Notes: a model not told the origin generated them from the letters alone. Shown: positions 45,907-55,746, counted from the first letter of the stretch. The stretch: 61,448 nucleotides of DNA from an uncultured Candidatus Saccharibacteria bacterium (GCA_964366535.1 CAYIUC010000002.1:10773-72220); one strand, 5' to 3'. Translations and numbers: made by a program.

Positions 45907-47154
45907 CTACTTTTGTGCCGCAAGCAGTTCTTGTGCAAGGTCTCTGCCGAGACGGAAACTGTGCCCTGTCCCCCTATCCCATGGGTATGTATGTGCCATA
46001 GAAACCCACCAAATATCTGCTACAGGCGTTCTAAAAGATGGCCTCAATTCACCATATCCCGAAGGAACAACCGGCTGTGCATATGGAGCACGGAATATCC
46101 TAAACTCTTCAATCCAACTCTCATCAAAATCGGAGCGAATATGCTTTAGATATGCAATAAACGATTTCTGAACATCTTCGTCCGACAACTTATAAAAAGG
46201 ATCGTCGGCTGCTACATAACGAGTTAGATATACTGGATGCAAGCCGTGGTAGGTATCTTCGCGAACCAAATTCGTTTGTTCAATAACACCGACAAAAGGA
46301 CTATCTTCTTCCAAAACATTGATCCAGTAATATTCGGTCAAGTGCTTCTTCAACACCACAACCGCGCACACTACAGCGATGTACTCCAGAGCGTTTATCT
46401 TTGCGACATAATCTGTGGGGAAAAAATCCGAAGCCAGACGCAAGAGCGTCGCTTGAGGGGCGGCGACAATTATCGCATCGTATCCATCGCGGCGCAATTC
46501 AGTTATAGACGGCGCCGGCGCACCAAGCCGTATATACACACCTCGCTCTCGTAGACGATTTTCTAGCGCAGAAATAAAGGTGGAAAATCCGCCATTAATA
46601 TATCCAAGTCGAGACGGACGCTCAAATATCTTAGCCCACATCCAGACCATTCCGATATATTTCGCCCGATTAGCAAATTTTGATTCGAGCAATCGCCCCC
46701 ACAAAACATGGTACGCTGACTCTCCAAAACGAGAGCGCATCCACGCAACCGCCGTTACCCGCTCAAAAGAGTGCCAGTTTCTTTTCAGTTTTAGATACAG
46801 CATAAAGAACCCCGTACGAATGCGGCCAATTATAGATATAGGTGAAAAACGAATTAGATCTAGCGGACCTGCAAACGAATACAGATGCCCGTTACAAAAA
46901 TTACCAACCATCACTTTTCTAAAATAAATCTTATTTTCAATGTGCAACTCTTTCGCAACCGCAAGAAAATCTCTATAGGTTGGGAATAGATGATGGTAAA
47001 AGTTCTCAAGAGCAACTCCGTTAACGGCATAACTAGATGCCAAACCGCCAAGAATATCTTTACCTTCAAATATCGTAACGGCGTGCTCGCCTTTAGAAAG
47101 CTCGTACGCCGCGCCAAGCCCCGCCATACCCCCTCCTATAATCGCAATTTTCAT
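45907..47154 (-). CDS. FAD/NAD(P)-binding oxidoreductase (amine oxidase/HemY-CrtI-like)
   Basis: MKIAIIGGGMAGLGAAYELSKGEHAVTIFEGKDILGGLASSY dinucleotide-binding fold. Confidence 0.7.
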   Translation of the reverse strand: MKIAIIGGGMAGLGAAYELSKGEHAVTIFEGKDILGGLASSYAVNGVALENFYHHLFPTYRDFLAVAKELHIENKIYFRKVMVGNFCNGHLYSFAGPLDLIRFSPISIIGRIRTGFFMLYLKLKRNWHSFERVTAVAWMRSRFGESAYHVLWGRLLESKFANRAKYIGMVWMWAKIFERPSRLGYINGGFSTFISALENRLRERGVYIRLGAPAPSITELRRDGYDAIIVAAPQATLLRLASDFFPTDYVAKINALEYIAVVCAVVVLKKHLTEYYWINVLEEDSPFVGVIEQTNLVREDTYHGLHPVYLTRYVAADDPFYKLSDEDVQKSFIAYLKHIRSDFDESWIEEFRIFRAPYAQPVVPSGYGELRPSFRTPVADIWWVSMAHTYPWDRGTGHSFRLGRDLAQELLAAQK

Positions 47155-47915
47155 AAAATACTTGCGCGGTTAAACCACATCTTAAGACGATATTGTATCA
47201 AGTTGTAAATTGATTCTACAACTGACCACGGTGATGTTGTAGACGGCCTCCTGGTATTCGCGCGAAAGACGGTATCAAGTATACCAATGGAAAATCGTCT
47301 ATACACAGATTGAATAACCATCTCGGAATCGGCGAACCAGTTATTTGAAGAAAGTTTAATCTCCAACAGCTTCTTTTTTGTAAATAGTTTAGGTTTCCCG
47401 TTTACATCGTGAATAGAAACATGCGGGAAGAATACTCGAAATAAGATATTGTACGCGCGCGATGTAAACGCGCGCCAAGCGCCATCTTCTCTGGCAACCC
47501 GTCTTCCAAACACTGCATCAAACCCTCTTTCAACTATAAGGTTGTACGCGCGCGCCATATCTTCTGCTTCAACTTGTCCGTCGCCATCGGTAAAACCAAC
47601 AATGTCTCCGGTCGCCACAGCAAGTCCGGTACGCAAATCCCATCCCATCTTCTCACCGCGCCGTTTTTCGCGAGTTATAGGAACTATCGATGTGTCATTA
47701 ACCGCAAGCTCGCGCACAATGCGCGATGAACTATCTTGTTCCGCCGCATCTCCACAGAAGTAGTTGGCTACCAATATAAGCTGATGCGGAATATCGTGCC
47801 GTACGAGCGACTCCTGTACAGCTCGCACATAGATAGGAATATAATCCCCTTCTCGGAAACATAGAATTACAAGCGAGAGAGTAGGTTTATGGTTTTTCAT
47901 AAATGCGGAATCCAT
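47151..47915 (-). CDS. GT2-family glycosyltransferase
   Basis: LSLVILCFREGDYI...VANYFCGD...FTDGDGQ (DxD-like). Alternative start at 47900. Confidence 0.75.
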   Translation of the reverse strand: MDSAFMKNHKPTLSLVILCFREGDYIPIYVRAVQESLVRHDIPHQLILVANYFCGDAAEQDSSSRIVRELAVNDTSIVPITREKRRGEKMGWDLRTGLAVATGDIVGFTDGDGQVEAEDMARAYNLIVERGFDAVFGRRVAREDGAWRAFTSRAYNILFRVFFPHVSIHDVNGKPKLFTKKKLLEIKLSSNNWFADSEMVIQSVYRRFSIGILDTVFRANTRRPSTTSPWSVVESIYNLIQYRLKMWFNRASIL

Positions 47916-50031
47916 CTTGCTCGTACATAAGTGTATACGCGTCTGCGCGAGAAAATAAACCGCGAGGTTCTACAAATACATAGTCGGCGATTGGTATAAC
48001 TTCTCCTGCACGAATCCGCATAGCATACTCACTAACGCGAAGAGTTAACTCTTCTTCAGGAATTATAGGTGGGGGCATTTTTGAAAAGAAACCATCGAAT
48101 GTGCGCGGGCGGTAAAACTCTTTAAATAGGTACAACGCATCGCGAGACACCCACACACGAAATTCGTCTTCAGATAAACCCCAAAGCGCCCCAAATGCAT
48201 ATGCGAGTTCCCATAGTTCTTCTTGAGATGCGAGCGTACTGAACCCATCCGTAACAAATGAACGATTCTCGGTAAACAATCTAAGCGCATAGTTGGTATG
48301 CGCCCGTTCGCTCGCCACCATTGACCCTGATGGCGTATGTTCGTTGAGCCACTGGTACGCATTTGCTTCGGGTATCGGTATGCCCCGTGTATGCGCTTCG
48401 TCACGGCTTAATCTGTACTGCCCGTAAAATGCGTGGGCGAAAAACAAAACAAGAAATGCGACGGCGTATATGCGAACCGTCCTTGCGGAAACACGCGACG
48501 CAAGATATCGCTTCCACAACCATACAACTACAACTCCGAATGCCAACATCACTGGCAAAAATGTCTCGCGATACCAATGGTCGGGCTGTGGCGAAAAGCC
48601 GAGTACTAATTGCACATTAACGACAACAAAATAAGCTGCGAGAAGAGAGATTAAAAACACCGCGGCAGATGAAAGGTGCTTTCTGGAAGCGTAGATAAGC
48701 GCGCCTATCCATACGAGATGCCGCGCGTATGTCTTCCACACCGACCCGAAGCGGAAATGCCGCCCGATTTCTACGCCCGCAATTCGAAACATAAGGTCTT
48801 CGTAGTGCGGCAAGCGGCGAAGCGCCGCAAAGTTGAACCAATACGGAATTGAGATAATGCCGCCAATACCAAAGATGCCCGCGCCTGACTTTACGGCGCG
48901 CCAATTGCGACGAAAAACAAACCATAAAATAGCGAGGACTAATGCAACCGTGAGATATGCCCAATCATAAAGATAAGTATAAAAGAGGATCCCAAAAAAT
49001 ACACCGCCGAAAACCACATCTCTCCTGACACCTGTGCGTAGAGCACGGAATATGAAAAGAAGCGCAATCGTATAAAAAATAAAGGTTATTTTCGGATATT
49101 CAAAACTTGAAAAATAAAGCAATGCGTTTTGCGGAAGAATAGAAACAGAAGGAGAAAGGAGCGCCGCAAGCGGCGATACCATAAAAACAGAAGCGAGCAG
49201 AAGCGCCGGCTTTGCGCGCCGAAATACCTCGCGCAAAAGCGCATACACCGCAAGGAAAATAAGCGGCGGGATTAAGAAATCGGAGACGATATAAGCGCGC
49301 TCCATGCTCAAAAGCGCCTTGCCAAGACCGCCCATAATCAAAGGATTCAATACCGGCAAGAGAGACGGCAACTCTAATTCGCCGCGCGCGAAGAAGGCAT
49401 TCGCGCGCGGCCCGTAGTAGCCGCCGGCGTCTGGATCGGACGCATAGGTAACCGGCGTGTATACTAACCCACCCGGCATAAAACTAGGCATAAGTAAGTG
49501 GTGTATGCCGTATAGCAGAGAAACGGCTAGCGCTACAACGAGCACGGCACGGTGAGATACGAAAAATGAACGCATGAGTACTGCCCAATGCGCAAGCGGC
49601 GATCGCGGATGGAAAATAACGAAGCGATATACGAAGAAGCTACCTACCGCGATCGTCGCGGCGGCAATGATCTGCGCGAAGAAGTACCAAAGCCCCGCCC
49701 ATTCCACGAGCGCGTACATAAAAGCGGCGTTGATTCCGATATTGGTGATTTGTAGTCCTAAATAAAAAGCGCTTTGTGTAGCAACGGCTTTTCCAGACGC
49801 GCTGCGATCTCCAAAGGTATAAAACTTCTGGAGTACAAAACTCACGACCACAGCCACGCAAAACGCCGCAGTGGCGGACACAAGATAGTGCCACCCGACA
49901 TACTCTGTCAGCGCAAACAGAATGCCAAGGTCAATGGCGGTAGAGGTACCGCCAGCAATAAGGTAACGGATGCCTATTGGAAGCCCGAATAAGAAATTGC
50001 GCATGCGAAGCATTATAACAGAGTGCGCCAT
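47887..50031 (-). CDS. GtrA-like domain fused to a large polytopic membrane domain (possible GT-C-type transferase)
   Basis: N-terminal about 140 aa reads IRYLIAGGTSTAIDLGILFAL...VVSFVLQKFYTF...FFVYRFVIF (GtrA family). More than 12 further TM segments and a soluble C-terminus follow. Confidence 0.55.
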   Translation of the reverse strand: MAHSVIMLRMRNFLFGLPIGIRYLIAGGTSTAIDLGILFALTEYVGWHYLVSATAAFCVAVVVSFVLQKFYTFGDRSASGKAVATQSAFYLGLQITNIGINAAFMYALVEWAGLWYFFAQIIAAATIAVGSFFVYRFVIFHPRSPLAHWAVLMRSFFVSHRAVLVVALAVSLLYGIHHLLMPSFMPGGLVYTPVTYASDPDAGGYYGPRANAFFARGELELPSLLPVLNPLIMGGLGKALLSMERAYIVSDFLIPPLIFLAVYALLREVFRRAKPALLLASVFMVSPLAALLSPSVSILPQNALLYFSSFEYPKITFIFYTIALLFIFRALRTGVRRDVVFGGVFFGILFYTYLYDWAYLTVALVLAILWFVFRRNWRAVKSGAGIFGIGGIISIPYWFNFAALRRLPHYEDLMFRIAGVEIGRHFRFGSVWKTYARHLVWIGALIYASRKHLSSAAVFLISLLAAYFVVVNVQLVLGFSPQPDHWYRETFLPVMLAFGVVVVWLWKRYLASRVSARTVRIYAVAFLVLFFAHAFYGQYRLSRDEAHTRGIPIPEANAYQWLNEHTPSGSMVASERAHTNYALRLFTENRSFVTDGFSTLASQEELWELAYAFGALWGLSEDEFRVWVSRDALYLFKEFYRPRTFDGFFSKMPPPIIPEEELTLRVSEYAMRIRAGEVIPIADYVFVEPRGLFSRADAYTLMYEQDGFRIYEKP

Positions 50032-51056
50032 TCCGCCGCCTGTTTCTGTATATGCGCTTGCGGCGATGGCAGCGCAAAGAAACTTGCGCGCGCCGCTTCT
50101 CCTAGCCGCACTCTTAACGGCTCATCAACAATGAACCGTTCCATTGCTGCAGCGAGCTCGCCTTCGCCGCCAATGGGAATCACGATTCCATTTTCTCCGT
50201 TTTGTATAAACTCTCCCGCACAGCCCACATCGGTCATTATAATCGGCAGTCCATATGCAGCCGCCTCCACAACCGCAACCCCCCACCCTTCGCTGTCGGA
50301 GGTGAGAAGAAACGCATCGGCCTCTTCGTAGAACAGCGCCAAATCTTTCTGCTGCCCCTCAAACACCACCCTATTCTCTGATTTTAAACTTTTGACCTGC
50401 GACTTTAGCCACCATTCCAGTATTCCACTACCAACAATCCGCAATCTCGCTTGTGGAAATTCCCGCACAATACGCGCGAGCGCGCGAATTTGCATTGCGA
50501 TATTCTTAACAGGCACCAGCCGCCCAACCGTTAGAAAAGTAAATGCGTTCCCTTCTGCCTCTCCACCTTTTCTAAGGGGGAGTACCCCGAGCGGAGCGAG
50601 GGGGGTGGAGGTGGTTTGGGTATATACAGGCAGTACATACACTTTCTCAGCCGATGCACCAAAATCAACGGCTAACTGCATTAGCCGTTGGCTTACTACC
50701 CTCACCTTGTCTGCACGGCGCAATACAAAACCGGCAATCATCTTTCGTATGCAGTGCAACTTTTCAAACCCGTGCACCTGGACCTCCAATGACGCATGGA
50801 ATCTACGCGCGACGAGATACGCGAGGAGCGCAAGGTACGCCGTGTCTTGCACGGTTACAATATCAAACTTATCTTCTATAAACGCGCGTCGCGCGCTCTT
50901 CCACAAACGCAAGAACTGCGATTGTCTACTCCCCGCGCCATCAGGTACAAATACGACAATCTCCACTGCCTCCTTCCGAAGCGCCGCGAGCCGCTCTGCG
51001 GCGAGCGTCCCCTCGCGCAGTATTTCCCCGTCCAAACTAAACATGCATATTCTCAT
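50013..51056 (-). CDS. GT4-family glycosyltransferase carrying an in-frame copy of the double-hairpin repeat
   Basis: FLTVGRLVPVKN...LTSDSEGWGVAVVEAAAYGLPII. The linker TTSTPLAPLGVLPLRKGGEAEG is encoded by the repeat at 50558-50616. Confidence 0.8.
   Translation of the reverse strand: MRICMFSLDGEILREGTLAAERLAALRKEAVEIVVFVPDGAGSRQSQFLRLWKSARRAFIEDKFDIVTVQDTAYLALLAYLVARRFHASLEVQVHGFEKLHCIRKMIAGFVLRRADKVRVVSQRLMQLAVDFGASAEKVYVLPVYTQTTSTPLAPLGVLPLRKGGEAEGNAFTFLTVGRLVPVKNIAMQIRALARIVREFPQARLRIVGSGILEWWLKSQVKSLKSENRVVFEGQQKDLALFYEEADAFLLTSDSEGWGVAVVEAAAYGLPIIMTDVGCAGEFIQNGENGIVIPIGGEGELAAAMERFIVDEPLRVRLGEAARASFFALPSPQAHIQKQAAEWRTLL
50558..50616 (-). repeat. double-hairpin repeat copy (reverse orientation) inside a CDS
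   Basis: gcctCTCCaCCTTTtctAAGGgGGAGtacCCCGAGCGgaGCGAGGGGggtggaggtgg, compared with 29088-29148. Confidence 0.7.
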
Positions 51057-51069
51057 AACTCTAACTATA

Positions 51070-51120
51070 ACAACAAAAAAGGCGCGGCGGATACATTCGC
51101 AACGCCTTTTTGTTGTTTTT
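51070..51120. terminator. bidirectional intrinsic terminator immediately downstream of rpsJ
   Basis: acaacaaaaaaGGCG...CGCCtttttgttgttttt, a GC core flanked by complementary A/T runs. Confidence 0.6.
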
Positions 51121-51133
51121 TAATAATCGCAGT

Positions 51134-51541
51134 TTACAGCATCTTCACCTCAATATGCACCCCCGATGGAAGCGATAGATTTGTAAGCGCCTCTATTAGC
51201 TTCGCAGATGGGTTTACTATATCCACAAGCCGTTTATGCGCGCGCATTTCAAACTGCTCGCGCGCGTTTTTGTGCACGAACGCAGAACGGTTCACCGTAT
51301 ATTTTCTAATTTCAGTTGGGAGAGGCACTGGACCCTGCACCTCGGCATCAAAGCGCGCCGCCGCTTCCATAATCTGCCGCACAGATGCATCCAGTATTTT
51401 GTGTTCGTACGCGCGCACGCGGATGCGCAGTTTCGGCGCTTCTGCTTTTTTGGCGGCGGCGCGCCTCACCGGCGCTTTCTTCGCCGCAGTAGCTTTCTTC
51501 TTCACTGTTGTTTTCTTTTCGGTCGGCATTTGGTTAGGCAA
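51134..51541 (-). CDS. rpsJ: 30S ribosomal protein S10 with Lys/Ala-rich N-terminal extension
   Basis: [24 protein letters not shown]...[39 protein letters not shown], preceded by about 35 K/A-rich residues. Confidence 0.9.
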   Translation of the reverse strand: MPNQMPTEKKTTVKKKATAAKKAPVRRAAAKKAEAPKLRIRVRAYEHKILDASVRQIMEAAARFDAEVQGPVPLPTEIRKYTVNRSAFVHKNAREQFEMRAHKRLVDIVNPSAKLIEALTNLSLPSGVHIEVKML

Positions 51542-52730
51542 CCACTTTAGTCACTACTCCGGCGCCGACGGTCTTGCCGCCCTCGCGCACCGCAAATCGT
51601 GTCTGATTCTCAAGCGCTACCGGTGCGACGAGCTTCACTTTGAATGTAACGGTATCTCCAGGCATCACCATCTCGCGCCCCTCTGGAAGCGTTACTTCGC
51701 CCGTCACATCGGTCGTGCGGATGTAGAATTGCGGCTTGTAGCCCGTGAAGAACGGCGTGTGGCGGCCTCCTTCTTCCTTCTTTAGCACATATACTTCCGC
51801 CTCAAAGTCGGTGTGCGGCGTTACCGAGCCAATCTTTGCAAGCACTTGCCCGCGATGCACTTCTTCTTTCTTTGTACCGCGCAGGAGGATGCCTGCGTTG
51901 TCTCCCGCCATACCTTCCTGCAAGGACTTATTAAACATTTCAATACCGGTAACTGTCGTCTTCATTGTCGGCTTCAATCCGATTATTTCTACTTCCTCGC
52001 CGACCTTCACCTTTCCGCGCTCAATGCGCCCCGTTACCACGGTGCCTCGGCCTTCAATAGAGAATATATCTTCAATCGGCATGAGGAACGGCTTGTCTAC
52101 TTCGCGCGGAGGAACAGTAATGTAGGTGTCTAGCGCTTTCAAAAGTTCATCAATCTTTGCAACCCATGTTGCATCGCCCTCAATCGCCTTCAATGCCGAG
52201 CCGCGAATAACAGGAGCCGACTTGCCGTCAAAGCCGTTCTTCGTAAGTAGTTCGCGCACTTCTTCCTCTACCAAATCAACAAGCTCTTTGTCGGTTACGA
52301 GGTCGCACTTGTTCAAGAAAACTACAATCTTAGGCACCCCGACCTGCTTCGCAAGCAAGATGTGCTCGCGCGTCTGGGGCATCGGTCCGTCTGCCGCATC
52401 TACCACCAAAATCGCTCCGTCCATCTGCGCGGCGCCGGTAATCATGTTCTTCACATAGTCAGCGTGCCCTGGGCAGTCCACATGCGCGTAGTGGCGCGCA
52501 TCGGAAGAATACTCCACATGCGAAATCGCAATGGTAATAATTTTAGACGGGTCGCGGCGGCCTTCCTTTTCGGACGCCTTCGCCACTTCGTCGTAGCTTC
52601 GCTCCTTGGCGAGCCCTTTCTTCGCCTGCACCGCGCAAATTGCGGCGGTCAGGGTCGTCTTGCCGTGGTCAATGTGGCCAATCGTACCCACATTCACATG
52701 CGGCTTATCGCGCTTAAATTCTTCTGCCAT
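51534..52730 (-). CDS. tuf: elongation factor Tu
   Basis: [35 protein letters not shown]. Confidence 0.97.
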   Translation of the reverse strand: MAEEFKRDKPHVNVGTIGHIDHGKTTLTAAICAVQAKKGLAKERSYDEVAKASEKEGRRDPSKIITIAISHVEYSSDARHYAHVDCPGHADYVKNMITGAAQMDGAILVVDAADGPMPQTREHILLAKQVGVPKIVVFLNKCDLVTDKELVDLVEEEVRELLTKNGFDGKSAPVIRGSALKAIEGDATWVAKIDELLKALDTYITVPPREVDKPFLMPIEDIFSIEGRGTVVTGRIERGKVKVGEEVEIIGLKPTMKTTVTGIEMFNKSLQEGMAGDNAGILLRGTKKEEVHRGQVLAKIGSVTPHTDFEAEVYVLKKEEGGRHTPFFTGYKPQFYIRTTDVTGEVTLPEGREMVMPGDTVTFKVKLVAPVALENQTRFAVREGGKTVGAGVVTKVVA

Positions 52731-52861
52731 ATATTTTATAAATAACTATTGCTAATAATGTTTTGCAACAAAACTAAAGCGACCATAGGGTCGCTTACTG
52801 CGACACCATTCCATACTAACAAACCCTCCCCCAAAGCGCAATCCCCAGAACACCAACACAC

Positions 52862-55009
52862 TTACTTCCTCGCTTCAATGATGGTCAGAGCAACATTTGG
52901 CGGCACAGCGGCATAGTGCGAAAATTCCATATTGAACGACGCGCGGCCTTCGGTCATAGAGCGGAGCGTCGTAATGTAGCCGAACATTTCGGCGAGTGGC
53001 ACTTTTGCCTCCACCACCTTGCTCATTCCGCGGTCGGACACGCCTTGCACTTCGCCGCGCTTGGAGTTCATATGCCCCGTCACATCGCCCATAAACTTTT
53101 CTGGCGTTACCACCTCCACTTTCATAATCGGCTCTAGTAGAACCGGTTTCGCTTTGCGACACGCCTCCTGTATCGCTTGTGATGCGGCAATCTTGAAAGC
53201 GATTTCCGACGAGTCCACTTCGTGGTACGAGCCGTATGTTAGCTCGCAAGAAATATTTACGAGTTTGAAGCCGGCGACAACGCCGCGCTCCATACCCTCT
53301 CGCAAACCCTTCTCTACCGCCGGAATGTACTCTTGAGGAATTATGCCTCCCTTGATTGAGTTTACGAACTCAAAGTCCTCGTACCGCTTTGTGTTCTTCG
53401 GAATCTTCGCGCCTTCTTCCAGTTGCCGCATCGGCTTCACGGTAATCTTCACATGACCGTACTGGCCGCGCCCGCCGGTCTGCTTGATATACTTGTTTTC
53501 AACCTCCGATTCGCCCTGAATAGTTTCTTTGTAAGCAACTTGCGGCTTGCCGACTGTGGCTTCCACGCTAAACTCGCGCTTCATACGATCCACCATAATC
53601 TCTAATTGTAATTCCCCCATACCCATAATCACCGTCTCGCCTGTTTCTTGGTCGCTCTTTATTCTAAAGGTAGGGTCCTCGTCGGATAGCCGTTTCAAGG
53701 CAGTGCCCATCTTCTCTTGGTCGGCTTTCGTCTTCGGCTCAATACGCATGGAAATAACGGGGTCTGCAAACTTAATCGGCTCCAATGTTATGGGCGCTTT
53801 CTCGTCGCAGAGCGTATGCGAGGTCTTTGCCTCTTTCAAACCAACTGCAGCGGCAATTTCTCCCGCAAAAACCTTCTTAACCTCCTCGCGCTTGTCCGCC
53901 TGCAAGCGCACAATACGCGAAAGGCGCTCGCGTCCTCCTGTAGTAGAATTATATACATACGAGCCCGCCTCTACTGTGCCGGAGTATACGCGGAAGAATG
54001 CTAGCTGTCCGACAAACGGGTCCGACTGCAATTTAAACACAAGTGCCGCGAACGGTTCCGAATCAGAAGAATGCCGCTCAACTGACTCTCCGTTCTCCGG
54101 ATTTATCGCCAACACCGCTGGAATATCCAGAGGCGAGGGTAGGTAGTCCACTACTGCATCCAACACAAGTTGTACGCCTTTGTTTTTGAGTGCTGAACCG
54201 GTAAGCACGGGAAAGATTTTGTTCTGAAGCACTGCTTTGCGGAGTGTATTTTTCAGCGCATCTATCGGTATTTCTTTTCCTTCCAAATATGTGCTCATTA
54301 GTGCGTCGTCTTGCTCAACTATGCGCTCTACAAGCTCATGGCGGTACTTCTTCGCATCTTCCAGATATTCAGCGGGGATTTCCTTTTCCACAACTTGTAT
54401 ACCCTTTTCTCCTTCAAAGTAGTACGCCTTCATTTTTAGAAGGTCTACGACTCCCTCAAACTTTTCTTCCAAACCAATCGGGATTTGCATTCGCACTGCA
54501 TTCTTTGAAAGACGCTCAATGATGGATTTGTACGAGAATTCAAAAGACGCGCCCATGCGGTCCAACTTGTTGATGAAGCACACTCTAGGCACCCTGCCTT
54601 CGTCTGCGTAGCGCCAATTGGTTTCGCTCTGCGGCTCCACGCCGGCAACGCCGTCAAATACGACCACCGCACCGTCCAAGACGCGAAGCGAGCGCTTCAC
54701 CTCGGCAGTAAAATCAATGTGCCCTGGAGTGTCTATAACATTAAAACGAATCTTCTTTTCCGCGGACTTTTTGTCTGTCTCATACGACGGAGTCCAGAAG
54801 CAGGTAATAGCGGCGGCGGTGATAGTGATGCCGCGCTCTCTCTCTTGCTCCATCCAGTCGGTTACAGTGTCGCCCTCGTGCACCTCGCCTATCTTGTGTG
54901 TCATGCCCGTGTAAAACAAGACGCGCTCGCTGGTCGTCGTCTTCCCAGCATCAATGTGGGCAATAATGCCGAAATTGCGGACTCGCTCTAGTGGATAGTC
55001 GCGGTTCAT
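52862..55009 (-). CDS. fusA: elongation factor G
   Basis: RNFGIIAHIDAGKTTTSERVL, DTPGHIDF, NKLDR. 715 aa. Confidence 0.97.
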   Translation of the reverse strand: MNRDYPLERVRNFGIIAHIDAGKTTTSERVLFYTGMTHKIGEVHEGDTVTDWMEQERERGITITAAAITCFWTPSYETDKKSAEKKIRFNVIDTPGHIDFTAEVKRSLRVLDGAVVVFDGVAGVEPQSETNWRYADEGRVPRVCFINKLDRMGASFEFSYKSIIERLSKNAVRMQIPIGLEEKFEGVVDLLKMKAYYFEGEKGIQVVEKEIPAEYLEDAKKYRHELVERIVEQDDALMSTYLEGKEIPIDALKNTLRKAVLQNKIFPVLTGSALKNKGVQLVLDAVVDYLPSPLDIPAVLAINPENGESVERHSSDSEPFAALVFKLQSDPFVGQLAFFRVYSGTVEAGSYVYNSTTGGRERLSRIVRLQADKREEVKKVFAGEIAAAVGLKEAKTSHTLCDEKAPITLEPIKFADPVISMRIEPKTKADQEKMGTALKRLSDEDPTFRIKSDQETGETVIMGMGELQLEIMVDRMKREFSVEATVGKPQVAYKETIQGESEVENKYIKQTGGRGQYGHVKITVKPMRQLEEGAKIPKNTKRYEDFEFVNSIKGGIIPQEYIPAVEKGLREGMERGVVAGFKLVNISCELTYGSYHEVDSSEIAFKIAASQAIQEACRKAKPVLLEPIMKVEVVTPEKFMGDVTGHMNSKRGEVQGVSDRGMSKVVEAKVPLAEMFGYITTLRSMTEGRASFNMEFSHYAAVPPNVALTIIEARK

Positions 55010-55177
55010 AAATTAAAATACGCGCACGCGCGTACCAAAACAATACCCTACCACGCCCAAAAATGCAAAATTACTTACTTACTTTAAGAAGTGGAAGAAA
55101 AACTTGCCGCCATTGGTCCAGTGTACCGTTGACTCCGTTAATCTCCAACGAATCATTGTGTTGGCATAGCTTTCATG

Positions 55178-55435
55178 TCACTTCTTCCGATGATTTTCTA
55201 TACTGGTCAACCGATAGGTGTCACCCTCAATGGTAAAATAAAACCGCCAGCTTCTGGTAATGCGCGCCTGCCATACATCCGTTGCCTCGTCGTACTTTTT
55301 CGCTCGAAGCGAAGGATGTCGAAGATTCTGAATGAGCACCCCTGACTGCTTATCAAACGCCTTCTGTACTTCGTGCGGAGCAGTGACGAAATCTCGCTCA
55401 CACTTTGCAGTTAGCCAAATCCTCATAGGGTTCAC
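55178..55435 (-). CDS. ParE/RelE-superfamily type II toxin
   Basis: 85 aa. FDKQSGVLIQNLRHPSLRAKKYDEATDVWQARITRSWRFYFTIEGDTYRLTSIENH. Confidence 0.7.
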   Translation of the reverse strand: MNPMRIWLTAKCERDFVTAPHEVQKAFDKQSGVLIQNLRHPSLRAKKYDEATDVWQARITRSWRFYFTIEGDTYRLTSIENHRKK

Positions 55436-55740
55436 TAAACACGCTTCAGACTCGAACGGCGATATTGCTGCGTTGCCGTTTTAAGATGCCGCATGAGCGC
55501 TTTGTGAGTAGTAAAGGGGCCAGATACTCGCCCTGCACGAATATCCTCTAATCCTTCCTGAATACCTTTTGGGAGATGCGCCCATTTCTCACGATTAACA
55601 ACCGCCTGCGCGGAAAATACAATTTCCCCTTTCCGCTCCACGCGTGCTTTCAAGAAATCCCCTATTTCAAAACCAGCCTCCTTTCGAACTTTCGCCGGAA
55701 TGACGATTTGATATTTGTTTTTTATTGCAACCAAAGACAT
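55435..55740 (-). CDS. AbrB/MazE (SpoVT-AbrB domain) antitoxin
   Basis: MSLVAIKNKYQIVIPAKVRKEAGFEIGDFL. A 1-nt overlap couples it to the toxin. The track ORF begins at 55755, inside the -10 box. Confidence 0.7.
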   Translation of the reverse strand: MSLVAIKNKYQIVIPAKVRKEAGFEIGDFLKARVERKGEIVFSAQAVVNREKWAHLPKGIQEGLEDIRAGRVSGPFTTHKALMRHLKTATQQYRRSSLKRV

Positions 55741-55746
55741 ACGGGC

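Noticed and set aside
50796-51785. 329-aa plus-strand ORF, with similar long antisense ORFs at 30710-31564, 35576-36187, 23556-24290, 50392-51123 and 11056-11730
   Set aside because: Each is fully overlapped by a confidently identified gene on the other strand (rpsJ/tuf, rpsE, rpsC, ftsH, GT4, the metzincin-like gene). Their composition is low-complexity.
52731-52861. Separate tuf promoter/attenuator in the fusA-tuf spacer
   Set aside because: A hairpin (AGCGACCctatGGTCGCT) and a TTGCAA box are visible, but the -10 assignment is ambiguous. The evidence is insufficient.
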